Positions 1 through 13,034 of a stretch of 64,000 bases of DNA are shown here, piece after piece; position 1 is the stretch's first letter, and every line of letters starts with the position of its first letter. The DNA lies in NCBI RefSeq assembly GCF_006345805.1, contig NC_042998.1, positions 58,900,001-58,964,000 on the forward strand, given 5' to 3'. The notes beneath the pieces are model-generated. The model did not search any database. It was not told where the DNA came from and worked only from the letters and a program-made list of their open reading frames with translations. The position numbers and the translations under genes were made by a program. The stretch is from Octopus sinensis (Eukaryota).

Positions 1-140
1 TGAGTTCAAATGCTTCAGGGATCGACTTTGCCTTTCGTCCCTTTCGGGGTCGATAAAAGAAGTGCCAGTCGAGCAGTGGTATCGATGTAATCGACTTGTA
101 CCCCCCAACACGATTGCTGGCTTGTGCCAGAATATAAAAC
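1..140 (+). mobile_element. tRNA-derived SINE family A, 5'-truncated by window edge
   Basis: Starts at B-box-like GAGTTCAAAT, then GACTTTGCCTTTCGTCCCTTTCGGGGTCGATAAA...GTAATCGAC, the body shared with the copies at 978, 14899, 35221 and 57846-58782. Confidence 0.8.
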
Positions 141-977
141 TAATATAGACGCGCTCATGAATACGTAAGGATCTCTATGTATAACCTCTATTCGCAATTA
201 TTTATACAAATGCAATTGTATCTCTGTAACGCGTCTGAGTCTTGCTGTTTTAATAAACGCAACATTATAACATTTGCAAATTTTCAGTACAGGGAAATGC
301 GTCTGTCTATCAATCGATCGATCGATCTATCTATCTATTTGTCTGTCTGATAGTCTGTCATCCAGTTCATCCATCCACCCGTCCATCCATCTCTCTGTCT
401 CTATAGCTATATCTTCATCTATTTCTTTCAAAGTGTGTTTCTTAACCATACATCCACGCCGTTTCAATTTATTTATTTATCTATCTAGTTATTTATTTCT
501 TTAAACATTGGGTGAAGCGTTGCTGAGCGGGTCAGTGATTAAAGACATTCCTGCTCATTCTTCACTTGTTTACAGAGACATGGGTGAGTTGATGGATCGT
601 CGGGTACCTGAGCGTTCGCATATATTATCCGGCTCTCCGTATTCTGAGTTCAAATTCGGCTTGACACAGATTTGTGGCGATGTGGCTGCAGATTCTGACT
701 GAAATTGTTCTGGGAATTTTCTTATATTTGGCTTAGGAAGAAAGCTTAAAAACAAGGAAAAGAAAAAGAAAAAGAAAGTAACAGTCTTTGCTGTGTCGTT
801 AAAAAATAAAGAAAACTCGGTTTGTAAGCAAGTAGTTTCGGGTTGAGTTCCACTGAGGGGAACATCTATTATAGTCCATAGTCCCAGGTTGAACAATGCC
901 AAGTGACTGACTTAGGTTGATGGAAAATTGGTCTGGAAGCCCATCGTGTATGTGTGTGTGTGTGTTTGTATATATAA

Positions 978-1190
978 TCCTTTCTACTATAGGCACAAGG
1001 CCTGAAATTTTGGGGGGTGGTGTAGTCGATTTCATTGATCCATGTGTTTCACTGGTACTTAATTTATCGACCACGAAAGGGTGAAAGGCAAAATGGACCA
1101 GGGCGGAATTTGAACTCAAAACGTAAAGACGAGCAAAATTCCGCGAAGCATTTCGTTTAGCGCGCTAACGATTCTACCAGCTCGCCGCCT
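978..1190 (-). mobile_element. tRNA-derived SINE family A, near full length
   Basis: Reverse complement reads AAGGCGGCGAGCTGGTAGAATCGTTAGCGCGC...GAGTTCAAATTCCGCC (A- and B-box-like) through AGGCCTTGTGCCTATAGTAGAAAGGATTAT. Confidence 0.85.
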
Positions 1191-1329
1191 TTGTGTGTGT
1201 GTTGTGTGTGTGTGTGTGTATATACATACATACATACATACATACATACATACATGTATACATACATACATAGACAGAAGTATGCATAAATAAATAAATA
1301 AATAAATAAATATATATATGTATATATAT

Positions 1330-1378
<49 letters not shown>

Positions 1379-1451
1379 TCCTGTGCTGTACCCTCTATGT
1401 GTGACATTTATTGTCTTAATATAAAGGTCAGCTAGCAAGCCAAGCAACTCC

Positions 1452-1488
1452 AGACTGTTGAAGAGCAATGACTTTGAAACTAGTCTCC
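1452..1488 (+). ncRNA. Degenerate minimal type I hammerhead-like motif
   Basis: CTGTTGA (A6 to U) - AGAG caatga CTTT - GAAA C TA G TC | tc. Palindromic ACTAGT in stem III, GUC triplet, only 2 bp of stem I. Confidence 0.4.
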
Positions 1489-1874
1489 AAATGCTGGCTT
1501 TACTGGGTGGAGGTGTTTATCTCCCCTGTCTCCTGGGGCTAAATGGCAGTAGCATTATTCCCTTTCCTGGGACTGCCACATTAAGTTGACAACAAACCAT
1601 CACTTTATCGCGCTGTTACTGTATAAGTATCTCTCAGATATTTAGAAATATAATATTTCTAAAGATTTTTCTTTTTTTGGCACAGCAAAATCTAAACCTC
1701 ACTTACAAACATGGGCGAAATATAGGGAACCCCAAATAAATAGTCGATTTGTTCGACTAAAACCTTCAAGGCTGTACCTCTGCATGGCTGCAGTTCAATC
1801 ACTGAAACAAGTGAAAGATGTATGTAAAAAAGATATAGTAATGCTTGAGTTTTAGCTTAAAACTGTGTAGCGTA

Positions 1875-2390
1875 CAGTAAACCTTCGAGTAAACCCTTGA
1901 GTATAATACGCAGGGAATTTTTAGGGGGCTGTACCTCTGAAAAACCTAAGCCTTTTGTATAATACGCACTCCTTCTCTAACTTGAGTCGTGCGTAATTAA
2001 GCCAGTATCACCTAGTCGAACAAACACTTCTGCGCATGCGTAGTACAATAATGGTGATGTTCTCAACTGTTAGATGGAAATGTAAATATGTTTGCAAATT
2101 GTTTTTGTTACATGTTATTCTGTGTTCTGAATACTTTTATTTTAATAAATGTTACTTACTGCAAGTTATGGATGATTCTTTTCAGACTTCATTGCTTTCA
2201 TTCTTAGCTTAAGGTGTTTTCGCGCCTGACATCACAAAATGCATCTGAATAAACATTGCCGGACAGCAAAAAGAGACTCGGACATTGCTTAGGAAATATT
2301 TTTCATTTTTAACCTCGTATATAGCACGCACGAGGGATTTTGATCTTTAAATTTTGGGGGAAAATGCGGATTATACTCGAGGATTTACAG
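1875..2390. mobile_element. Tigger/pogo-type MITE
   Basis: TA-flanked imperfect TIRs CAGTAAACC..GAGTATAATACGCA / TGCGGATTATACTCGAGGATTTACAG; no coding capacity. Confidence 0.7.
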
Positions 2391-3024
2391 TAAGTAAAAG
2401 AGCGTTGTTACAAAATATATTACAGCTGATATTGTTGTTGTTGTTCTCGTTGCTGCTGCTGCTGTTGACGTCGACCGAGTTGTGATTGAGGTCGTTTGAC
2501 CAGCAGATGAACCTCGGTGAAAGAGACTCTCACGTTTTGATTTCTTAATTCAGTGTGTCTAGGACTACATCACAAAGAGTTTACTTCGCTTTTCTACACT
2601 TTTAAGATCTTTTTTTTGAGGGCAATTCGGTTGCTATTTCTAGCAGGTCAAGTACATAATATGAGAGAGAGAGAAGGAATAGACTGAGTGATGTTCATAA
2701 CTTTTAACGAAGATGGTAAGCGCAGAGAAGATGTTAAGCACACAGAAATGAAAATTAGGTCACGGAGTTCGCCCACCAAGTGTTCACCTCTGCACTAACG
2801 TTGTTCATCATATAGCCAGATATATTGGTATCGATCTTGTTTCAAGTTTTCTTTCTGATAAATCGATTGCCGTCCAGCGCACACGCATGCACAAACACAC
2901 ACACACACATGCGCGCACGTATTCATTGATACATAAATGCTTGATTTTATGCACATATCTATATCATATCTGTCTATCTATCTAGATATCTATTCTATCA
3001 TCTAATCTATCTATCTATCTATTA

Positions 3025-3063
<39 letters not shown>

Positions 3064-3096
3064 CTATCTATTATATATATATATATTATATATATA

Positions 3097-3142
<46 letters not shown>

Positions 3143-3189
3143 TGTATTTATATATACAACAAGAAAAAAAGCAAAAGAATGGATTAGTA

Positions 3190-3278
3190 TTCAGTACAAT
3201 CGTTTCATACGAAGACAAGCTTTATTAAAAGCTGCAAATATTGCAGCAAATACAAGTGTCCCGTACTCATCAGCCAAA
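3190..3278 (-). ncRNA. Type I hammerhead ribozyme candidate with extended stem II
   Basis: Minus strand: tttgg CTGATGA gtacgggaca...tgtcttcgtat GAAA C gatt GTA | ctgaa. Complete core, stem I tttgg/ctgaa (5 bp, 2 G-U), GUA triplet. Confidence 0.65.
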
Positions 3279-3808
3279 ACACATATGAGTTCTCCAGCAT
3301 CCTAGGGGGTGAGGCTTACCACTCATGAAGTATCGAAGATAGTTCTATAAAAAGCAAATTTAGATTGTAGCAGACTTCCAAAGTTCTCTAATGAGATGCA
3401 CAGTCTTATAACAGGCTTTAAAAAAGCTTGTTAGCTTCACAGAACAGGTAAATCCATCCATAATGTAGGTGCAATTACCGGAGATATGAGGAGATATTTC
3501 ATACTCACAGACGATGAATCCATCCATAATTAATCCATAATAAGGTGGGTATAATTTCCTGATATATGATAAGATACTTGTCACACTTCTGTTCATTTCA
3601 CAAAACTGCTATGTTAGAATAATAATGGTGAAAGAATTATTTATATATATTATATATATATTATATATATTATATATATATATATGTATTTATACATACA
3701 TATATATATATAATATATATATATTATATATATTATATATATATAATGTATATTATATATATATATATATGTGATATATATACATATATTTATATATATA
3801 TGTATAAT

Positions 3809-3840
<32 letters not shown>

Positions 3841-4084
3841 GGTGTGTGTGTGTGTGTTGTGTGTGGTGTGTGTTGTGTGTGTCTGTATTTATATATATAT
3901 ATAGTCAGATGTTAGCTCCATGGATGAGTTGATACGTTTAATTAAAATATTACGTGTATCACGTGTATTCTTACAGACTATTGGCTAACATAGACTTTGA
4001 AGTTTCGAGGTTTTGTTTTGAAGTTCGTGAATCAGTCAGACGATGAAATCAGCAATCGGTGAAACTTCGAAGTTTGTATGTATG

Positions 4085-4159
<75 letters not shown>

Positions 4160-4312
4160 CCATCTTTTGACTTAGATTATGGGAAACGTTTTGAATATGC
4201 AAATAAAACTCTTATTCCATTATGTCGGCTACAGTCTGATGATGGTGACTGATGAATCGGTTTTTTAGGGCTGCACCGAGCTGTACCGATATAATGTAGG
4301 ATAAATATTGTA

Positions 4313-4400
4313 ATAATAACAATAATCCTTGGATGGAATTTATAAATATTTTAATGCATTAAATTATTTATAAATTCGATCCAAAGATTATTGTTGTTAT
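4313..4400. repeat. ~88-bp imperfect palindrome
   Basis: ATAATAACAATAATCCTTGGATGGAATTTATAAATA pairs with TATTTATAAATTCGATCCAAAGATTATTGTTGTTAT around a self-palindromic TTTAATGCATTAAA centre. Confidence 0.8.
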
Positions 4401-4410
4401 ATATATATCA

Positions 4411-4923
4411 CTAGCAGTATCGCCCGGCGTTGCTCGGGTTTGTAAGGGAAATAACTATATAAGCATTTTTAGAGAGTTTCTTCCCTTATAGATGCCAATT
4501 CGGGCTTTCTTAGCCATTTCTGTTTTGGTGTCTTCAAGCCATGAAGTCGTTGTTCTAAAAGAACGCTGGTCTCCTTGACAACGCTTTACAACGTTGATTT
4601 CCTTATACTCCCTTCCCCACAGCTTCACGAGGGAGAGAAGAAGGGGGAGAAGCAAACAGGTGCAGGTGTGACCGTGGACGCCAACTCCGCCGCCATCGAC
4701 ACACGAAAAATTATGCATTAAAATGGAATAAAAAATGATGTTAAATTATTTTTAAAATCGTAGAATCATCGTAGACGCGCGCTAATACTCAGACGGGCTC
4801 GATATGAATCACGACTATAAGATACCCGAATTTAGTTAAACTGCACCGCAAAATGTGGGAGTAGTTAGGAATCTAAATCGAAGAGGACAGACATTCACAC
4901 AACTACAGTTTTATATATATAGA
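4411..4923 (-). mobile_element. Complete non-autonomous Helitron (513 bp)
   Basis: Minus strand begins A|TCTATATATATAAAA and ends with hairpin CCCGAGCAACGCCGGG, an 8-nt spacer and CTAG|T: TC...CTAG termini in an A|T target, no TSD. Confidence 0.85.
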
Positions 4924-4959
4924 TTATCTATATCATCACACATACACATATTTCAAGTA

Positions 4960-5205
4960 CTGCCGTTCATTCACTAGCCATATAGTGTACGCCATATCCT
5001 GTCAGCCCTTCGATTTGTGACCAGTGAAGCAGGAACGTTGTAACAACTGGTGATAGAGAGATCTGCACCAGAACCCAATCGGTAATCTTTCTCGGTTGAG
5101 TAGAGTAGACCGACGCATGGTGGAGTGGAAGTGCCTTGCTTTAGGGCACATCGCGTCACTCGGTCTAGGAATTGAATCCGGAGTATTATTTCCGTGAGCC
5201 CACCA
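4960..5205 (-). mobile_element. SINE fragment with central conserved-domain-like motif
   Basis: Minus strand GGATTCAATTCCTAGACCGAG followed by GTGCCCTAAAGCAAGGCACTTCCACTCCAC; B-box region resembles the SINE heads at 6548 and 49427. Confidence 0.5.
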
Positions 5206-5855
5206 ACAATGAAACAAAGCTCTTCTATTAAAATAAAAGAATAAAAAAAAAAGGAACATACAAGAGAGAGAGAAGCATCAACGATGTCAGTTGTTCTCCC
5301 CTGCCATATCCCCCACCATCACTACTGCTGCCACCACTGCCGCACACCCAGGGAGAAATATCAGGATTTCATAAGGAATTTAGGGGATTCCAATGGAGTA
5401 TTTATAGATTAAATATGTTTATAGAATGATAAAAAAAAAAAAAAAACTTTAAACTGTTTGCACTGAATTTTATTCGATATATTTTTGCCACCTGTTGGTT
5501 TGCAGGATGTTAATGTAAAATTGATATAGAGCTGATGTTAATTAGTAAAGAGCGTTGAATAGAGAAATTGGGTTAATCAAATCGTTAACAGGGACGGTTA
5601 AGGGGATATGTTTCAGGAGCACTGTGCTACGTTTGCATAGAGATATGTGTATATATATATGTGAATGCATATGTATGTAAGTGTGTATGTATGTATGTAT
5701 GTATGTATGTATGTATGTATGTATGTATGTATGTATGTATGTATGTATGTATGCATGTATGTATGTATTATCTATGTATTTATGGACTTATGGGTGGATG
5801 TATCTATGTATCTATGTGTGTATTTGGGTATATATGTGTCTATTTGGATGTATCC

Positions 5856-6204
5856 TTTTATTCTTCTATCTGTTTCAGTCATTTGACTGCGGCCATGATG
5901 GAGCACCGCCTCTTTAGTCGAACAAATCGACCCCAAGACCTATTTCTTGAAGGTCTAGTATTTATTTTATCGGTCTCTTTTGCGGAAACGCTAAGTTACG
6001 TGAACACACACCAACATCGTCTGTCAAGCGATGATGTTGGGGACAAACACACACACACACATTTCAGTTTCTGTCTACTAAATCCACTCACAAGGCTTTG
6101 GCTGGGGCTCTAGCAGAATATACTTGCCCAAGGTTCCATGCAGTGGGACTGAACCCAGAACAATGCGGTTGGTAAGCAAGCTACTACCACACAGCCACTC
6201 CTGT
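5856..6204 (-). mobile_element. tRNA-derived SINE family B
   Basis: Minus strand CAGGAGTGGCTGTGTGGTAGTAGCTTGCTTACCAACCGCATTGTTCTGGGTTCAGTCCCACTGC...CTTGGGCAAGT, internal (TG)n, 3' end ATGGCCGCAGTCAAATGACTGAAAC; homologous to 6934-7408. Confidence 0.85.
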
Positions 6205-6276
6205 GTGTATATAGTATGTATCTGCATAGCTATTGGGTGTTATCAATGTTATTTGCAGTATGTAAGTATATATATA

Positions 6277-6307
<31 letters not shown>

Positions 6308-6482
6308 ATATATATATATCTATATATATATATTATTGAAGTAGATAAATGAATTATCTTATTACGGATAATTCAAATGATAACCGATACCTGGGTATAA
6401 TAATAAATACCTGGGTAGAAAATAATAAAAAGGAATTTTGTTAAATCTTCGTTCAGCACCATTTCTTCCTACACTTTATATA

Positions 6483-6518
<36 letters not shown>

Positions 6519-6547
6519 TGTAGTATGTATGTATGTATGTATGTATG

Positions 6548-6648
6548 TGGAGGCACATGGCCTAGTGGTTAGAGCAGCGGACTCGCGGTCGAGGGATCGC
6601 GGGTTCGAATCTCAGACCGGGCGATGTGTGTGTTTATGAGCGAAACAC
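6548..6648 (+). mobile_element. tRNA-derived SINE head (family D)
   Basis: GGAGGCACATGGCCTAGTGGTTAGAGC (A box) ... GGGTTCGAATCTC (B box) running into non-tRNA sequence; homologous to 49427. Confidence 0.75.
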
Positions 6649-6933
6649 CCAAACACCATTATTGAATCAGCTAAGTTGTCATTTCTGTCCAATCTGTATT
6701 TTTGCAGCCTTTGAGCATTTCTTTTTTCCACTAAAGACAAAACGATCAACTAAGACTTTGCGCTTTGTAGAGTCAGCTACTGACTCTACAAAGCACAATT
6801 CAGAGTAACATTAGAGTATTGCTCACATAGAAAGAACATTGCCACCAATGTATAGAGGGAAATCAATGAGAGTATTGAAAATAGCAATCTGACTGACCAT
6901 TAAATATTCACTCACTAATATGCTGTGAACATA

Positions 6934-7145
6934 TACTCTTTTACTTGTTTCAGTCATTTGACTGCAGCCAAGCTGGAAGCACCGCCTTTAGTCGAGCAAA
7001 TCGACTCCAGGATTTGTAAGCCTAGTGCTTATTATATCGGTCTCTTTTGCCGAACCGCTAACTTACGGGGACGTAAACACACCAGCATCGGTTGTCAAGC
7101 TATGTTGGGGGGACAAACACACACATACATAATCTATATATATAT

Positions 7146-7177
<32 letters not shown>

Positions 7178-7408
7178 ATATATATATTATATATATATAT
7201 ATATATTATATATATATATATTATTACATAGATACATAGATGTGACGGGCTTCTTTCAGTTTCTGTCTACCAAATCCACTTACAAGGTTTTGGTCGGCTC
7301 GAGGCTATCATAGAAGAATCTTGCCGAAGGTGCCACGCAGTGGGACTGACCTCGGAACCATGTGGTTGGTAAGGAAGCTACTTAGCACACAACCACTCCT
7401 GCGACTAT
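6934..7408 (-). mobile_element. tRNA-derived SINE family B with expanded internal (TA)n
   Basis: Same head and tail as 5856-6204; the internal microsatellite is expanded at ~7131-7235. Confidence 0.85.
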
Positions 7409-7411
7409 AAG

Positions 7412-7465
<54 letters not shown>

Positions 7466-7709
7466 GATTTGTCTTCTACCTATAACTCATCATTTCTATT
7501 GGTGCTACAGCAGTTTCTGATATTTTAAAAGGGAAAGCAGCGAGTTTCCCTCTCATCTTTCATAGGCACTCTGTAATTGTCATTATTACTGTATCGTATC
7601 TTCTAAATAAGAAATTCAAGCTGAACAACGCAAAGCAGTATCCTCAGAGGCTTGAATAATGTCCTGAAATTATATATATGTATACATGTATATATGTATT
7701 TATGTCAAA

Positions 7710-7796
<87 letters not shown>

Positions 7797-7923
7797 CCTA
7801 TCTGTACACACACATATGTATCTGCGAGAACATATTTGTGCGTGTACATACACAAATGCACACACGACCACACACATATTAGAGTACATATATGTCCATG
7901 CATCGCTCTTTGTGTTTATATAC

Positions 7924-7970
<47 letters not shown>

Positions 7971-8020
7971 GATATATATATATTTATACATATATATACA
8001 TAGATGCATATATATATATG

Positions 8021-8052
<32 letters not shown>

Positions 8053-8057
8053 ATATA

Positions 8058-8092
<35 letters not shown>

Positions 8093-8110
8093 CGAATATT
8101 ATATATATAT

Positions 8111-8142
<32 letters not shown>

Positions 8143-8154
8143 ATATATATATAC

Positions 8155-8195
<41 letters not shown>

Positions 8196-8240
8196 TATAT
8201 ATAATATTTATATATATGTATGTATCATATATATATACAT
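7710..8240. repeat. Compound (TATC)n/(TA)n microsatellite
   Basis: Directly visible; source of the YLSI/YI low-complexity ORFs. Confidence 0.95.
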
Positions 8241-9116
8241 ATGGATCATATTTGGAAACACTTCTATCAACTGCAAAACAGACCCATTGAGGCATGGAGG
8301 TTAAGCTATAGCTGTAGATCTGACACATATCAAAAGCACAGAATAACACAATGCAACAACAGCGCCATCATCATCATCAACAACAGCAACAAGAACCACA
8401 TATGCAGCATAAAGCAAATGGATGAATAAATAAATAATAAATAAATAAATAAATAAATAAATACGAGCTGAATGAAAATATTTATTCCAGGGACACAAAA
8501 TGAAAAACCAATTCCCTTACAAGAGATTTCAATTTCTGCTAACTCAGTAGTTTATTCACTCAGCCAGTTTGCTTAACAATTTTTCTATGTGACTTTTGGT
8601 TCTCTTAACTAAACGTTGGGTCGCTCTCAAAAGCTTTGTTTTTAAGTAGTGTGTCCATGATAAACCATCCGTGCCTAGACAATATTTGTGCTCTTTCTTT
8701 GTCTAAAACTTAATATAACAGAAGAGGAGAATGTCGAAAACTAAAATGGCTCCCTCGAGAATGGCACACGCAAGCGCACCTACACACATACACACACACA
8801 CAGTCCCACTGATATACGTACATATATATATATGTGTGTGTGTGGGGGCACACATATATATTTAATATTTCGCTTAGGTACAGCGATACTAATAGCATGC
8901 ATTAGAACTCAATATACGTATGCTTTATAATAAAGCATTATTCGTGTAAAGCATTTTTCGCGTACAACTCCGATGAAGCTATAAGATAATGCAGAGATAC
9001 TCGGCTGTGAGTGCACTGATACTTATAGCTGTAGGCTAATGAAGTTCATTACACAACTTTCTGTTCTATTGTCATTTATTTAATTTCATATAATTATTTA
9101 GATGTATTTAAAGTAT

Positions 9117-9189
<73 letters not shown>

Positions 9190-9399
9190 TATATATGGGC
9201 ATATTATATGATATATTTATAGAGAAACACATAAACGTACATATATACATTCTCTCTATCTCTCTTTCACTGTATGTATTTAGGTATGTATATGTATATA
9301 TATATTTATATGCCTGTATATATATATATGTGTGTATATATATATGTGAGTGTGTGTGTGCATTTATGTATGTATACATGCATGCATATATAAATACAT

Positions 9400-10850
9400 T
9401 CATGAACAACCTTGCTCCCTTGGAGTGATAAGAAACAAATTGATTCGGATAGTATTCACTACCAAAAAGGTATCTCTCAGGGTGAGAACCCGTCGGGGTT
9501 GCTCTTCTATCTCCTCATTAAACTCACAATCAAACCTGCTCATAAATTATAGTAGCAATAGAAATAAGTCCAGAAGTATCTCTAATCTTTTCTCTGTTGA
9601 TGACTCGAAACTGTATGGCACAAATATCAGCTAGGTAAAACAATAACTGGATCTCAACCCAATTTTCCACAAATATTCGAATGAAATTTAATGGGTCCAA
9701 AATAAACCATGGAAAAGTTTTGCCCTCTTCTGAAAACCTAGATATGAACTGTTTGACAATAGAACCTCCATAGTGAGGTGACAATTGGCTTGGACAACAC
9801 GAGAATGTCAGGTATGATGGAGTCATAAGGAGAAGACCAGGAATGAATAGCTCAGGAGAATAAAGACAATATGGTCATAAGAACAAGCATATTGATCACA
9901 ACAATTTGACAGTACATGTCCACACATCTACGTCCAGCCTTCTGAACTTGGTCACTGCAAGAACTCAATATGATAGCTGTTCTAATTCAAAAGCTGCTTA
10001 TTGTTACAGAAATCTTCAACATCAGTGGAGATGTAAACAGGTTATACTTTCCACGCAAGGACGGTGATCGGGGTGAAAAAATCTGTATTGATGCCATGAG
10101 GCATTTATTGTGGCACTGAAACAACATCTACAGTAAAGGAAACAAGCCGGCGACTATCTTATCCAAGTTTGTGACCATTAAACCAACCACATAATTAAAA
10201 TAGCTAGTGAGTTTGAGGAGAGGTAATGAAATAAGGGCTGATACAGATCTCTCCCAAACAGCATTGTTAAAATCGGCATCAAGTTTATAGCACGCCACTT
10301 TGAAGGCTATCTCCATGCAATTGAAGAACAAGAAATCTCCACCAAATACCTACAACTAAAGAGGCAGAAAAACGTTGATAGGCAACAAATGTCGGCTGTG
10401 CAAGTCGAAGACGAAAACCGTTAACCACATAATTGCTAATTGTGAGGGAATGTCTTCCAGATATTATTTTCTCATGAGGCATGATACGGTGGCCAGAACG
10501 ACTTGTAGATATTGCTGTGGGATTAAAAGGAAAATACATGTTCTACTGGGGAAATCAGCTGCCCTCACGACACCAATGTGGTTTGAAAAATACAAGAAAA
10601 TGACATCTACGGACCATTCATAAGGAGTTTGCAATTTATTATTATTGGGGCTACAGGATACATAACCCGTCTGGAGCAAAGTGTGGCTGAACATGGGATC
10701 TTGGTAGAGGATGCAAATTTTTAATTCATTTTCTACAATTGCTCCCGATATCAGGGACTCAAAAAATTTCCAAGACCTTCTTAAGATTTAAAAGAGCGAT
10801 GGTTAACACAAGATGCCTTCCTTCACAAACTTGCTACCGATTATGTGGTA
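9400..10850 (+). pseudogene. Heavily decayed R4/Dong-type LINE (RT C-half, CCHC, RLE)
   Basis: Remnants QKGISQG, NLFSVDDSKLYG (YMDDLKLY equivalent) and CRLCKSKTKTVNHIIANC...MRHDTVAR; many stops and frameshifts. Confidence 0.75.
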
Positions 10851-10897
10851 GGTCAAAATTTATTCTAAATTAAAGAGTGAACGGGAATAACATCCAT

Positions 10898-10933
<36 letters not shown>

Positions 10934-11054
10934 CCATCCATCCATCGGTCCGTCCATCCCTTCCGAAATTTCCAGCCGACAATAAAACCAGTATAATTAT
11001 ATCATTTGTAATAACGACCGATATTTTCTTTTCATCTTTCTTTTTTAAATTAAC

Positions 11055-11355
11055 GATAACACACACACACAAACACACAGAGACTTACACACACATTCAC
11101 ACACACATTCACTCACACACATACACACACACATACATGTACACACACACACATTAACACACACAAACATTCACACACACACACATCCACATACACATAC
11201 ACGCACGCACACATTCACACACACACATACACGCACGCATAAATACACGCACGCTATTCACACACACACATTCACACGCACTCTCACACAATACACACTC
11301 ATACACGCACATATACGCACACACGCACAGACGCATATACACACAACAACACACT
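11055..11355. repeat. Degenerate (CA)n-rich tract
   Basis: Directly visible. Confidence 0.9.
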
Positions 11356-11993
11356 AAGTCATAATGGCATATAAAAATGGACGCCTTTTTTTGTATTTGA
11401 AGGAAAATATAAAAAAAATGAAGGATATATTATAGAAAAATAAAATGAAACGGAAAGCAAAGCAAGATTTCCATAAAGCACCATTTTCTGAGTTGAATTT
11501 ACGACCAAACTTTATTGCTACAAGTTTATTTTTCATCTCTTTTGATAGATTCTTTATATTTTTATTAAGTTCTCGATATCAATGGTCAGATCCGAGAAGG
11601 AGAAACGTTTTTTTTTTTTATATTTTCAATATAAAGTCTGTATGTCGGTCATACTTATATCTAACCACCTCCCTTCATCTTTACACACACATAGCCAGTT
11701 TGTGTATATACATATACATACATTCATATATATAAACACACACACACACGCACACATATACGGTGGTGGAGTGGGGTGTATGTGTGTGTATATATATATA
11801 TATATTAATTTTTATGTCTATATTAAAGTATATTCAATAAATTATCAATACTTGAAAGATTTAGGTGAAATGCTCAGAGTTTGCGATCTTGTTTTTATAA
11901 GAGTAAATATATTATGTGAGTGATATGCATGCGTTTATGAGAAAGTGGAAGACAGATAAAGAGATAGATAGATAGTTAGTAAGATTGTTAGAT

Positions 11994-12036
<43 letters not shown>

Positions 12037-12037
12037 G

Positions 12038-12096
<59 letters not shown>

Positions 12097-12589
12097 CAGA
12101 GAGACAAACAGAGAGACAGCCATTACAGGCGGATAGATTCATTGGTAACATTTTGGGCAAACAGACAGATAGATAGACGGACAAGCAGACAGACAGACAT
12201 AGATTTTGAGACTGACCGACAAATTGATAGATCAATAGATAGATAGATAGAAAGATAGCTAGCTAGCTAGCTAGATAGATAGATAGATAGATAGATAGAT
12301 ATAATAATAAGCGAAGATAGAAAAGGAAGAGTAAAATGGCGTGACGGTGTGTATTTGGTGTTTATGTGTGTTTTAAAAATGTGAAAAAGGCATGAAAAGG
12401 AGTACACCATTTCGCGTGTCTGTGCATGCCTATGCATGTAGACATTTTTGCCCACATGTATTTATAGATGTATAAAACGTGTCGGAAATACAGGCTGAAA
12501 GATTTAGATAAAGCGATAGCTAAAGAAAAATGTGGTCTGTGCACATACTTTCTCACAACAATACATAGATAAATAGATAGATGCATACA

Positions 12590-12626
12590 TATATGTTTGT
12601 ATGTATGTATATATACATAATGTGTA

Positions 12627-12660
<34 letters not shown>

Positions 12661-12736
12661 GATAGATAGATGCATACATATATGTATGTGTGTATGTATG
12701 TATATATATATATATATAATTATTATACATAATGTG

Positions 12737-12787
<51 letters not shown>

Positions 12788-12949
12788 ATATACATAATCT
12801 ATCATCTATCTATCTATCTATCTATCTATATAAATAATTATATATGTATATACAATTATGTATATGTGTGTGTGTATGAAGAAATAGATATACAGGCAGA
12901 AAGGCAAACAAGCAGGCACGTAGACAGACAGACAAACAGATAGATAGAT

Positions 12950-13034
<85 letters not shown>

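Noticed and set aside
6548-6625. tRNA-Arg-like sequence (also 49427 and 39345-39538)
   Set aside because: A and B boxes are present, but there is no acceptor stem or proper anticodon arm and the sequence continues into a SINE body.
7652-8349. Long ORFs of YI/YLSI/CV/HT repeats here and at many other sites (e.g. 47687-48418, 55319-55949)
   Set aside because: They are translations of (TA)n, (TATC)n, (TG)n and (TTTC)n microsatellites, which lack stops in some frames; no domain content.
8965-9030. CCGATGA followed by an 8-bp stem GCTATAAG/CTTATAGC (hammerhead-like)
   Set aside because: U4 is mutated and there is no GAAA after the stem.
11575-11612. TCC gagaa GGA GAAACGTT half-hammerhead
   Set aside because: No recognisable CUGANGA upstream.
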